Assembly (NCBI GenBank): GCA_965178125.1
Contig: OZ237738.1
Coordinates: 1,302,001-1,366,000, forward strand
Origin: Bilabrum cf. latius
Taxonomy: Eukaryota
Reading direction: 5' to 3'
Length of the DNA: 64,000 bases
Shown here: positions 14,048-26,200 of the stretch, in pieces
Layout of the letters: every line of letters begins with the position of its first letter
Numbering within the stretch: the stretch's first letter is position 1
Program-made: the position numbers and the translations under genes
Notes under the pieces: generated by a model
The model's database searches: none
Seen by the model: only the letters and a program-made list of their open reading frames with translations
Told to the model about the DNA's origin: nothing

Positions 14048-15438
14048 ATGTCAAAGAGTACCAGAAAATGTATTCACGCGGGATCGTGGTATGAAGACGA
14101 TTCCAGTCGTATTTCCAGGCGAATTGACCGAGAAATTGAAGCAGCTTCACCAGCCGGTGCCCGCCCAGACAGCAGTGGGCGCGTGATTATTGGACCACAG
14201 TAAGTACATCTTCTGTACTTGAATGCTTTAAAGTACGTTCAGGCGCTGGTACTTTGGTCGGGGCGTGTCATTCTGCTGCTTGCAGTTGCCGTTGTGAAGT
14301 GGCTCACATATTTCATGGTAACGCACTCTTCAGCATATATCGCAGCGCTGGTCACAGCTACTGTGGCCGCATACTAGCTCGTTCGTACGCGGCACTTGAC
14401 CTGACAAGCTCGCCGCCCACGCGTATCGTAATTTTGGGTCCTTCGCATCGCAAGTACTCGTCCAGATGCTTTTTGACTGGTTGTGGCGAGCTGGAGACAC
14501 CCATTGGCAACCTTACAGTGGATGTGGAAGAAATTAATCGATTGCGCCGCGCGTCTGCAGGTACTGCCCCGGATGTACCCGCAGGAAGCGAGGCTGCCAA
14601 GCGAGCAGCCGCTGCCCGCGGCCTATTCGAATCGACCTATCCGCAGACAGTAGACGAGGAAGAGCACTGCATTGAAATGCACCTGCCTTACCTCGTCCGA
14701 TCCCTGCAGCGAGCAGGCTCCGATCATCTGCCTCGCGTCCGCGTCATCCCCATCGTGGTGGGCTCGCTGCGACCGAGCGGCCACGCGGCCCTGGGTACCC
14801 TCCTGGCGAGCTTCTTGAGGGAAGACCCAGGGGCGCGCGTCATCATCTCGACCGATTTTTGCCACTGGGGCGCCCGGTTCGGATACGACCCTTATGACCC
14901 CAAGGCAGGGTACAAGGCCCCGCACGAGTACATTTCCGCCCTCGACCAGGCAGGCATGCGGGCGCTGTCCACTCTGAGCGCAGACAGGTTCAGGGCATAC
15001 CTGGAGAAAACGGAGAACACTATTTGCGGCAGGCACGCCCTCTGTGCTCTTCTTGAGGCCGTGCCATTGCTGCCAGCGGCAGGCTCAGGCCCCGGGCGAG
15101 AGTCCTCGGGGTCTGCGGAGGTTGACGGCCGTGACAGGGGCAAGGACAAGGGTGCCAAGGTTTCGCTCAAGTGGCTCGGGTACAGCCGGAGCGGTGACCC
15201 CGAGACTATGCGGGACTCCAGCGTGAGCTATGCAGCGGGTGTGCTGCTGCAATCGACAGGAGCTGGGCCTTCTTCCGGGAGTGCGACCGGCGATGGCGGG
15301 GCTGCCCCGGCCCCGGCCTCGGCTGAAATGGAAGGAGATGCAGATGCGGGCGGCAGAGTGGTGTCTGCCGGGGGAGGTGCTGCGGCAGTGCGGGCGGCTA
15401 GGGGTGCCAGCCCTCCGATGGTTGACGATGACGATTGA
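14048..15438 (+). CDS. MEMO1: MEMO1 family protein (2 exons)
   Basis: HAGSWY, IIGPHAG (split by intron 14200-14345), ILGPSH, EEEHCIEMHLP, ISTDFCHWG, NTICGRH and SSVSYAA motifs. Ends in TGA. Confidence 0.92.
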
Positions 15439-15689
15439 TTGTGAGACGGGAGCACGTTATGCTCGAGAATGCCGTTGATGATACTCATCAGACATTTGTG
15501 TGAATCGTCACATCCAAAAATTTGGTAGGCATGAAGCTGGTGGGTGCCCCTATTGCTAGTGGGTGGAGGTGTGCCCCTGGTATTCCATACGAAGATGTAC
15601 AACACCAAGCGAGCACTTGTGTCTGGTTCTAAACAGGAGTTAAGCAAATTCAAGCCTACCCAGCCATGGCCACGCGCCATCCCTCCAGC

Positions 15690-16406
15690 TCAGACCGGCG
15701 GCAGCTTCTGCTTGCTCGCATCAGGGAATCCTTGCGGGATTGCGGCCGGCTACCCCGACGGCGGATCATCGTAGTACTGCTGCTTCTAGGCGGCTGAGTC
15801 TTGGTAGTCTCCGGTGAAATGCATGCTTCCGTGGCCCGTGACCGCTGCGTATGCGCCACCTTGGGCGTCCTGCATCTCGCAGTCCATGCTGCAAGGCTCC
15901 TACACACCCACCTCCCTGGCCACCTGCACGACCGAGCAGCACGTGCAGCAGCAGCTAACACACAGGTCTTCGCAGTCAGAGCGCTGCATACCAAAGAACT
16001 CGCGCACGTTGATCCGAAGCATGTACATTGTATAAATCATGAACAGATTCACTGCAAACGTGACAATGTTCAGGATCGTAGTGACTGTGGTTGATACTTC
16101 TCCCCGAATTGAGAGTTGGACTACAGTTTGACCAACGGCATTGAGAACGTAGATAGCAATTATCACCATGATCCAACGGCTGAATGATTCACTAAAAGTA
16201 TTGGCTCCCAATACATAGCGTCCGCCTGAGCGCGCACCAGCCTGGCTGAGCATGCACGGCCAGCAAAATGCACAGCAGCCAGCAACGCAATGCGTTGGTT
16301 GCTCAAAGCACGAGCAGAGTCCAGTCTGGAAGTCCACTCGCTAGATCGGAACATTTGCTAGCTATCCTTCACTGGCGTACTGGACTGGTACTTGCTACGA
16401 TGCCAT
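15690..16406 (-). CDS. PLAC8/Cys-rich membrane protein, tandem copy 1 (6 in-frame TAG)
   Basis: FQTGLCSCF...CCAFCWPC and LRINVREFFGM..SDCEDLCVSCCCTCCSVVQ motifs. TAG at 16395, 16362, 16341, 15900, 15786 and 15750. Ends in TGA after LPPV, as copy 2 does. Confidence 0.85.
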
Positions 16407-16875
16407 GATCTAATGCCAAGAAATGTGAACAACCGAATCGAACTCTTCGGAACTTTCCGAGAAAACGCAGATCCATGACCGGATTGCCAGTGGTGACACC
16501 TCGGGCTTTGGAAGCTTGCTACAAGCACACGGCTTTCCAAATTTGAAACATACTTGTACCGATGCTCAGCGCGCGGCTGCCAAGCCAAGGCCACTGCCAT
16601 CAGGTTTTGCCACCCCCCCCCGCTGCCCCGCCTCAGCACCCCCATCCACAAGCGCAGCCATGCGCTGCCTAGCCGCCTCCAGACTGCACAGCCCCCCCCC
16701 CCTCACTCGATCCACATCAGACAAACGACTCGGAGCGAGGACTGGCTTGTGGAAAGGGAAGTGGGGGAGGGGCCCTGGGGCAGGTCGCAGAATTCATCAC
16801 GCATTGCGCTATACTAGTCTAGTAGGACAAGCTGCTCCCGGATTCTGGCACCACGCAGAGCAGTTCCAATCAACC

Positions 16876-17664
16876 TCAGACCGGCGGAAGATTCTGCTCG
16901 CCCGCATCAGCGAAGCCCGCGGGAACTGCGGCTGGCTAGCCCGGCGGCGGAGCATCGTGGTACTGCCGCCGTCTTGCCCCGGGCCTCGTGGTGGCGTCAC
17001 CGCCGGGCTGTCGCGGGGCGTCGTGGCCCGGCACAGCCGCGTACGCGCCTACCTCGCCCCCTTGCACCTCACAGGTCATGCTGCAGGGCTACTGCACACC
17101 CACCTCCCGTACCGCCTGAACGACTGTGCAGGAGGTGCAGCAACAGCTTACAAAAAGATCCTAGTAGTCCGAGCGCTGCATGCCAAAGTGTATGCGCGCA
17201 TTCACGCGGAGCGTGTACGCAGTGTAAATGAAAAACGCGTGCCATAGAAACCAGATATTGTCCACAAAGTAATAGTTCACAAGCTCTTGTTCTTTTATTC
17301 CGATCGTTTCATGCTATTCTGGCCGGCCATTATCACGATCTTTTCGTAACTCTAACCGTAGGATACGATCGACCGACAATTTTAACAAGACGAGCGATAA
17401 AAAACGAAGGGCTATACTAACTATTACCCACCGAATGAATGATCCGCTGAACGTATTAGCTCCTAACAAATACCGCCCGCCAGTACGTGCGCCTGCCTGG
17501 CTTAGCACACAAGGCCAGCACACTATGCAACAGCCTGCCAGGCAATGCGCCGGTGCATCAAAGCACGAAAAAAGTCCAGTCCGGAAGCTAATCCGCTATG
17601 CCGGTTGGAAAGCTGGGTACTAGAATTCATCCATAGCCTGCACTGGTGCGCGTTGCCATTCCAT
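16876..17664 (-). CDS. PLAC8/Cys-rich membrane protein, tandem copy 2 (6 in-frame TAG)
   Basis: FRTGLFSCF...CCIVCWPC and VSCCCTSCTVVQ motifs. Colinear with copy 1 from ATG to TGA. TAG at 17620, 17596, 17314, 17161, 17089 and 16936. Confidence 0.82.
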
Positions 17665-17915
17665 GTTTCTGCTAAGTTCGGATCTATCTGCCACGAGAGT
17701 TGGTGGTTTGGCTCACAGCAGATCGACTACTACTAGTGACTAGTAGTCACCACTCACAGGCTGCGCAACTTTTGCACCTTACGACAGACCTGTAGATCTA
17801 TGGCAGCACTCGCCACACACTGGACTGAATGCGCCAGGTGCAACTGCAAGTCTGCTGTTCTCGCGGTTGCAATACCACAGTTTATCGCCACGAACAGATC
17901 GCAGCACACTAAAAC

Positions 17916-20383
17916 ATGCTCGCAGCTCGGCTGGTAAGGCGGTCAGCCACGACGTGGCTTCGAGCATCTCGGTCCCTCAGCGCCTCTGCTATCACGAGTG
18001 CAGCCCCGGCACTGTCAGATGGTCCTTTAGTTGTTGGGTGCGGTAGCAACGTGGTCGATGTATTTTTCGAGGTTGAAGCACTGCCCAGTGCAGGTGGCAA
18101 GTACTACTTTCGAGCACCAAAGGATAGCTCGGGCGGGATTGAGGCTGGCTAGGTTGTTGGAGGTAAGGTCTTGAATTGTCGAATGTCGAATAAAGGAAGC
18201 CAGAAAAGCTGACCAAGCGAATTGTCTCTCGATCTTGCATCCAAACTTAGATGGTCGATCTCGATCTCGCAGGGGTTACGCTCAACCACCTCGCATGGGC
18301 CGCAGCGATGGGCGCGCCCTCCGCGTTGCTCGCAAGGTAGGGCACCTGCGACCGGGGCAAGATGATCCGGCGCGAAATGCTGTCGCGAGGCCTGGACCCA
18401 CGTTACGTGGACGTGTCACCTTCCCACACGACGAGCCTGAGCCACATTCTGCTGGAACCGAGCGGAGAGCGCTCCATCATCATGGCTCCTGCCGCAACGT
18501 CCACCATCACCGAGGATGTGATGAGCGAGTGGACCACAGGCACCGGCAGCGGTAAAGCTGCTCTGGGCGATCGCTCCGACGCCTCACCGGAGGCTGCAGT
18601 GGCCAGGGCCCGCCCGTCGGTTGTAACCACCGAGATCTCGCAGCTCCCGATGGCCGCTGCCGCCCGACTCCTCGAGGCCGGCCGGGAGATTGGCGCCCTC
18701 ACGGTGCTGGACGTGGACGTGCCCCCCTCGGTGGCCCTGGGAGAGGCCAACCTGGGGAACAAGGAGGACCTGCTGCGGGTGCTGCAGGGCTGCTCCCTCC
18801 TCAAGCTCACCAAAGACGCCGCACCCGATCTGCTGCGTCTGGCCGGGGATATGACGAGTGCGGAGGCGCTCGAGAGGCTGGCGGGAGAAGCCGCCAGTGC
18901 GGACCAGGGAACAAGCCAGGAGCTGGCCACCCAGACCGCTGACGTGCTCCGGCGAAGGTTCGGTGCCAGCGTGTGCGCCGTGACGGACGGCAGTCGAGGC
19001 AGCGCGCTGGCCGGCGAGTGCGCCACCAGCGGGGCATAGACCGTGGTGTACGTGCCTGCCGTGCCGGTGGCAAAGCAGAGAGACGCGACAGGGGCAGGCG
19101 ATGCTTACCTGGGGGGCCTGGTGGCGTACCTCGCCCACCAGGGGGTTCCCCAGGGGAATACCCCCGAGGAGTTGGAGTCGCAGCTGAGGACCCTCGGAAC
19201 CGTCGGTTCCGCCGCCGGCGCCGCGTGCTGCGAAGTGCTGGGCGCGCTGCCCCCGGATGCATCGCACGGCGGTGGCGAGCTCCTGTTCGAGGTGCTTCGG
19301 CAACAGCAAGGCGCCGTGGGCAAGGACCATCCGATCGTGACCCGCATGGAGCAGACGGCCGCAGCCATGAGGAAGGATGCGGTGGAGCCCAGCAGAACCG
19401 CCTGGCTGGAAGATCTGGAGCGGACGTGGGCCGGGGACGGCCAGGGTGCATCGCATGGTGATGCGAGCGCCCCAGACGGCGGGAGATCCAATGACAAGGA
19501 CGCGGGCTTCCGCGAGAAGCTGCAGCAGGGCGAGAACTCGTTCGCCAGGCCCGTCCTCGGCAGTCTCTAGAATGACGCCGCGGCTGCTGCGTCCATTTTC
19601 GGGCAGTACGCGGCGGATTTCCAGAATGCGGACGGCTCGATGTCTGCTAGGATCGCCATCGCAGCGCACGCCCTGGGGTCGTGCAGGGCGGGCACAGAGA
19701 CGGGGGGCGCGGCTTGGGTGCTGGGGGTGGGCAAGAGCGGTCGAGTAGGGGAGCGCCTTGCCGTGTCACTGAGGAGCATGGGACTGCGTTGCAGTGCAGT
19801 GAACGCGAACGAGCTGTACCACGGGGATTTTGGGGCGATCGGTCAAGGCGACGTGTGCCTTGTTCTCTCGCAATCTGGGGGAACAAAGGAGGCCGTCGCG
19901 GCACTGGGTCACCTAGAGAACAAAGGGGCCCACGTTGTTCTCCTGGTGGGAGCGGAAGGCTCAGCAATGGAGGTGGAGGCACGGCGCCTCCAGGAGCTGC
20001 GCGCGACTGCCATCGAGGCGGAGAGGCAGGCTGCGGCAGGGGCACCCGCGGGGTCTAGCCTGGGGGCATCGAGGGAGGTGTCTGCAGAGGAGGCCCAGGC
20101 CATGATGGCGGCGCGGTCGGCCGCCCGACGAAAGTTCAGTGGGAGGTTCCTTCTGTCCACCGTGCTCACCTCGCACGCGCCGACGGAGGAGCTGCTGGGC
20201 GTGGCGCCCACCCGATCCGTGGTGGTGCAAGAGATGGTCGCGAACGCACTCGTCACATCCGTAGCAGAGCTTGTGGGCCGCCAGAGGGATGATTTCCTGC
20301 GCGACCATCCCGGGGGCGGGATCGGATCACCCGTGGTTGCGGCAGGTGACAGCAGCGTGGGAGGAGGCGCAACGAGGCAGTGA
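17916..20383 (+). CDS. PfkB-family carbohydrate kinase fused to a KdsD/GutQ-like SIS sugar-phosphate isomerase domain, with a transit-peptide-like N-terminus
   Basis: PfkB motifs VVGCGSNVVD, ERSIIM and DATGAGDAY. SIS motifs GVGKSG, HGDFG, SQSGGTKE, APTRS and HPGGGIG. Intron ~18163-18272. In-frame TAG at 18150, 18338, 19037 and 19568. Ends in TGA. Confidence 0.85.
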
Positions 20384-20999
20384 GATAGACCCGCAGTGAT
20401 GAGGAACATGAGTGAGCATGCGTGGTCGAGACTATGCTTCAATGATGGCCAGGGGGCTGGAGCGGGGGGGGGGGAGGGGTTGTTCTAATGCCGTTTTCTC
20501 GATCGCCTGGCGCTGCGGGAGTCCCATCGGCGGGCCTGGCACACCGCCTTGTCCTCGACCCACCGAGCTGCCAGCAGTGCCCCCGCGCTCAGGACGCAGC
20601 AGCAGAGCTCATTTCTGTATACTGTCGCGCACGGCTAGACAGATTGCTTGCGATGGACCCTCATGCACTGCACTGCACTGGAGCCAAAGCTAACATGCAG
20701 TGCCAGCACCACAGCCAGTCCAAGTTGCAGCTGGGCTCGCCACTGTCGGGCTGTTTTACTTGTATATTCCTCTTCTTTACCGTCCACCACGCTCAAGGGT
20801 AGACATGAAAGCATATAGTATGAATTTAAGTGCGTCATTGCTGATCTCTGCGGACCGAGGGCGAGTGCAGCGCCGGGTCCCCGGTGGACTCGCCTAACCA
20901 GTATTGTAGCGTGTATTAATCTATTTAGGCGCGAAACCTGGCAGCTCTTCGCAAACCCACCCGTCCTGCTCCTACGCGCGGCATTGATTCGACTTTATC

Positions 21000-22846
21000 A
21001 TGGCAGAGATCAAGTATTTAGGAGGGTAGATTGTACTATAGGTGTATCTGTTGGATAACTCGGTCCGAAGACTGCTGATTGATCCGACAAGCACATGCGC
21101 GGTGAGGTGACGAGTCTTGCTGCATATCAAGCAAGTTTGCTGTGTTGTTTAGGCTGCAGCATCCCTGTACAATGTATTATGTAGTTGTGTGTGGCAAGGG
21201 TTACTTCGGTGTTCGGCCGCATCAGCCTTGCAATGCAACGGTTGACCCCCCAAGCAACAGTCAAGGTGTTCCTGATTTACAATTCAGGGTTTTGTAGCTG
21301 GCTCTTCTTTCTAGAAGCGGTCGAAAATGACTCTGTTATTACTTCTTAATCATTGACTAAGCGAATTTGTCGTGAATCGCAGGATGTGGCCGAGATGATG
21401 GCGAAAAAGCTAGGCTTTGCAGATCCGGAAGAAGACGCCTTGAACTTTGCCCTATTTGAATCCCTGGATGGTACAACAAGTGAGGTAATGTACGAAACAG
21501 TCTTTCTTAGCTGACTGCCTCGCTGGTGTACTCGTAGCTCGCATGCAGGTGCGAATAGGGAGAGCCTTATTGCTATCTCCAACCGGGTGCATGCCAACTA
21601 CCCTCGCCCTTTTGACTCGCTACCAGCGCCCGCAGTCGGTCGACCGCTCGCGAGTGAAACCGTTGTATTGGAACGCATGCAAGCCATGGTGGACGGCGGC
21701 CTCGAAGAGGCCAAGTTCATCTTCAAGCTGAAGCTGTTCACCGCCTCGGTGATGAAGCTCGACGACCCCAAGATCGTCGACATGGTCTTCATTCAGTGCG
21801 TGCATGCAATCCTCAGCGGGCAGTACCCTTGCACCTCGGATGAGGCCGTGCACCTGGCCGCTCTGCAGTTCCAGTCCAAGTTCGGCGTGCACAACCCGGA
21901 GACGCACAAGGCGGGATTTCTGGGCAGCAAGATCATAGAGTACATCCCGGGGACTCACCTCAGCGGGGCCGGCATCACCATCGCGAAGTGGGAGGAAGCC
22001 ATTTTCGAGCACCACAAGAAAGTTGTGTCCAGAAGACCCAAGGAAGCGTACATCGGACTCATCCGCCAGCGAGACTACGTAGGGTGCGAGCTCTTCGCCG
22101 CCAAGCAGTATTTCGACAGCAGCATGCCCAAGCGGATCTTCATCGGCATCTCCAAGCAGGGCATCCTCTTCCTCAAGATGCCCAGCAGCTACGTGACGGG
22201 CCGGATGGAGACCCTGGCCAAGTTCGCCCTGGGTGATATCTACCGGTGGGCCTACAAGCCAGGGGAGACCTTCTACTTCGAGGTCAAGGCGACGCCGGAC
22301 CAGACGGAGAATCCCGAGTACAGGTTTAAGACCGTTGAGGGCAAGGACATGAGCGATCTGCTCACGGATTACGCCATGGCCCTCCTCCGTGAGATGGGTC
22401 TGAACCCCGATGGAACCAAGCGGGAGAGGAAAGCGCCCCCCAAGAAGGCGGCGCTGCAGGGGGCCAAGGCGGACGCTTTCAAGGGCGTGGGGGGAGAGGC
22501 GGAGTCGATGGCTAGAGCGGCTCGGCAGTCGGGGGTGAAGAAGGGCAAGGGTAAGAAGGGGGGCAAGAAGGGAAAGAAGGGCAAGGATCCGCCCCCAGCG
22601 CCCTCCATGCCGCCGCCGCCGCCGCCCCCGGAAGACGAGGAGGAGGAGTCTGAGGAAGAGTCTGAGGAAGAGGAGGAATCGGAAGAAGAGATGGAGGAAG
22701 AGGAAGGCGAGGAGGAGGGCGAGGAAGACGAGGACGATGGACCCCTGCCCGAGAACTGGACCAAGGAGTACGACGAGGACAGCGGCAACTACTACTTCTT
22801 CAACTCGGAGACGGGAGAGAGCGCGTGGGAGCGACCAGAGGAATGA
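21000..22846 (+). CDS. FERM-domain protein with acidic/proline-rich linker and C-terminal WW domain; 5' exons approximate
   Basis: FERM-like FIQCVHAILSGQYPC...AVHLAALQFQ and IFIGISKQGILFL. WW motif LPENWTKEYDEDSGNYYFFNSETGESAWERP. Upstream exon at about 21383-21479. Ends in TGA. Confidence 0.8.
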
Positions 22847-23214
22847 ACCTTGCCGCTCTGTCCTCCAAATTGCTCAACTTGTTGAAACTCTGGACCGTCT
22901 TCTCTCTTGTGTTCGATGCCGATATAGGCCTAGTGGAACGTTTGCTCGTGCTGTGCGGCAGCATCCGGCGGGCGCGGAGTCAAAGCTTGCTGCAGGTTGC
23001 AGCGATAGCTCATTGCGACAGCCTGCCGACGTTTCGTTGCAAGTGGCCATGCTTCTGTTGCCTCCCTCTTTAAGTAGGGCAAAGCCGTCCGCCCGGCCCT
23101 AGAACAACACCTTGCAGATTATGACAAGTTCTTGTACATTCTCAATGCTCTTGGATTAAGATTTTCGTCAAGCTTGTGCAGGCAGCCACACCACGCTGCT
23201 TTGAAAAGCCTCTC

Positions 23215-26200
23215 TCACCGACCACCGCGCCTCGCCTCCCGGTACTTTCTCACCTCCTCGCGCAGCTGCTGCGCGCTCTGAGCCTCAGCGCTGCCGGCAG
23301 TGGCCCTCCGCCGGCCACGACCCACGCCAGATGGATCCTGGGTGCGACCGAGCCCCGCGCGCCCGGAGCTCTTGCCTCCCGTCATGCCAGGTGTGGTCGG
23401 GCTGCCGATCGGCTCGTCGAGAGGGGCGCCTGGGTACGAGCCCCGGGTCTTGGCCCTCGCGAGTTCGTCGTGCAATGCACCCACTTGCTGCGCGTACTCG
23501 TCCTGGTCGCTCCCGCTCCCGCTCCCGCTGGAGCCCGTCCTGCCGGCCCCTCCACTCCTGCTCCGCTTAAGCTCCAGCGGAGAGCGGCTCCTGCCGCTGG
23601 AGGCGCGTCCATTGCGGCCCTTCTTCATCGGCGCCTCTTCTTCTTCTTCTTCTTCGTCCTCGTCCCCTGTCGGTAGATCCATCTGGCTGTACCGGAGCCC
23701 ACTGGACCCCCCCGATGGTGACCCGCCGAGTCCCTCCTCCTCCCTCTGATCTCCACCAACTTGGAGCCCACCGCCCTCATTCTTATCTGCATCTTCTTCT
23801 TCTTCATCGTCGTCGTCGTCGTCGTCGAGTCGACCGAAGGGCCCGAACCGAACGCGTGCCCCGGCCCTCTCCGCCCTCTTCTCCGCCAGGTCCCGCCGCC
23901 GCTCCGCCGCCGCGGCAGTGTGGGCGAGTGCCCGCGTGCTCGTCCGGGCCTTTTCTACCACGGCTGCGGCCGACCGCTGGCTGCGCTCCGCCTGGGCCTT
24001 CGCCCTGGCTGCCCGCTCCTCCGCCTTGTGCCCGGCTTGCTCCGCTTCCTCTAGCCGCGATTCGAGCCGCTGGGCCCGGCGCACAGCCTGGTCCCGCTCC
24101 CGCTGCAGCCGCGCCGCCTCGGCCGAGGCCACGCTCGCCCTCTGCCTCGCCCCCTTGGACTCCATGTCACTCATTTGTTCCCTGAGATTCCGGATCTCCT
24201 CGTGGGCGCGCAGGAGCGCAGACCTGTCCGCGTCCACCAGACCAGCCTTGGGCGCGAGCTCCGCCTCCCTCGCCCGGAGTGCGCCTAGCTCCCGCTGCAC
24301 GTCCCCCAGCCGCATCTCCAGCTTCTCGGTCTCCCTGGCCTGGTGACGAGTGGCCTGCCTTGCTTCCAGCAGCTGCTCTCGGAGCCTCTCCGCCTCGCCC
24401 TTGGCCTCCTCCTGCCCTTGCAGAGCGGCCGCGGCCCACCGCTTCATGAGCACCTTCCTCCCCTCCTCCAGGGCAACCCCCCTCGCCGCTTTGCCCACCG
24501 TCTCGTCGTCCCCGTTCCGCACTGCGGCTGCGAGCTCCAGCGCCTCCCGCGCTGCCCGCAGCTTGGAGGAGGCCTCGTCCTCCTGTGCCCTGGCCTGGCG
24601 CAGCTCCCTCCTTAGGCGGTGCGCCTCCGCTCTCGCCGCGGTTAGCTCGCCGGCAGCCTCGCCCACCGACTCCGCCGCCTGGTCCCTCTGCTGCTCTGTT
24701 CCCTGGAGCGCCCGCACCAGCCCGCTCACCCGCGACTTGAGCCTCTCCACCTCGACGTCCGCGTCCCTCCTGGCCTTGGCCTCTTCTGCCGCGCGACCGG
24801 CCTGCTGGTGCGCCTTGTTCTCTGCCGCAGACAGCCGCTGCCGCATGGACTCCATCTCCCTGGTGGCCGAGGCCGCCTCGATCGTGGCCGCCCGACGCCC
24901 GCCCTCGGCCACCTTGACCTCCTTCTTGAGCTCTGCCTCCGCGGCAGCCGCCTGCTGCCTCTCGTCCACCAGCTCGCGCTCCAGCCCCTGCGCCTACTCC
25001 TGGAGGTGCTCCAGGGCCTCCTGCCTCTCCTGCGCCAGCGACTTCACCCGGTCGAGGTCCCCCAGCAGCCCTTGTTCCCTAGCCTCCGCGCGCTCCAGGT
25101 CCCCTGCCTGCCGCCGGATCTCCCGGGTGGCATCGGCTGCGTCCTGCGCCCGTGCATCCCTCTCTGCGTTGAGCGCCTGCCTCTCCTGCCTGAGCCTCTC
25201 CTCCAGCGCCGCCACGTCGTTGTCCCTGCCCTCCAGGGCGTCCTGAAGCCCGGCCTTGTCTGCCCGCAGCTCCTCCACGGTCGTCTCCAGCTCGCTCACG
25301 CGGGCTGACAGCCTCTCCTCCTGTTCCTGCGAGGCGCCCAGCCTCTCCCTCAACTGCTGAGCGTCGTCCAGCAGGCCGGCCCGCTCCTGGCCCCAGGCCC
25401 TCCGGTCCTGCGCGTGCGTCTCCTCTGCCCGCCGCAGGTCCTCTCGAGCCCCCCGTGCGCTGTCGAGTGCGGATTCCGCTTCCTCTCTGGCTGCGCGGGC
25501 CCTGCCGTCCGAGTCCCTCCTCGCCTCCTCCTCCCTTGCCTGCGCCTGCCTTGCGGCCGCCTCTGCCTCCCTCGCGGCCCTTGCCTCGTCCTCCGCTTGT
25601 TCCCTGGCGCTGTCTGCCTCCTCCGCCGCCCGTTCTGCCTCGGCCGCCCGGCCCTCCGCCTCCCCCGCTCTCTCCTCGCACTGTTCCCTGACCTGCCGCA
25701 GCTCCTCCTCGGCCTGCTCCTCCTGCCTCTGGGCCGCGCCCTCCGCGGCCGCCTGCTGCTCCGCCAGCTCGCGCTCCAGGCGGACCTCCCAGTCGGCCTC
25801 TGCCTTGGCCCGTTTCTCGGCGGCCTCGCGGGCGGCCTCCACGGCCCTTGCAGACTCCGAGTCGAGCTGGTTCCGCAGGTCTTGCTCGAGGACGCTGGCG
25901 TCTGCAAGGCGTCTCCGCAGCGCCGCCTGCGCGTCCTCCGCCCTGGCCGCCCTGAGCTTCTCGTCTTGTTCCCTGTCCCTGGCCTCCCTGGCCTGCTTGG
26001 TTTGTTCCCTCCTTGCCTCGCGCTCCTGCTCCAGCTCCGTGCCCAGGCCAACCACCCTCTGCCGGGTCACGGCCAGCTCACCCCGGAGCCTTGCGATCTC
26101 CACCGCGTCGCTCCGGAGCAGCGCCTGTCCCGCTGAGATTGACCCGTGCGGGGTGCCGGTGCCGTCCTCCTGGGTCAGCGCATCGTCCCCGGAAACCCCG

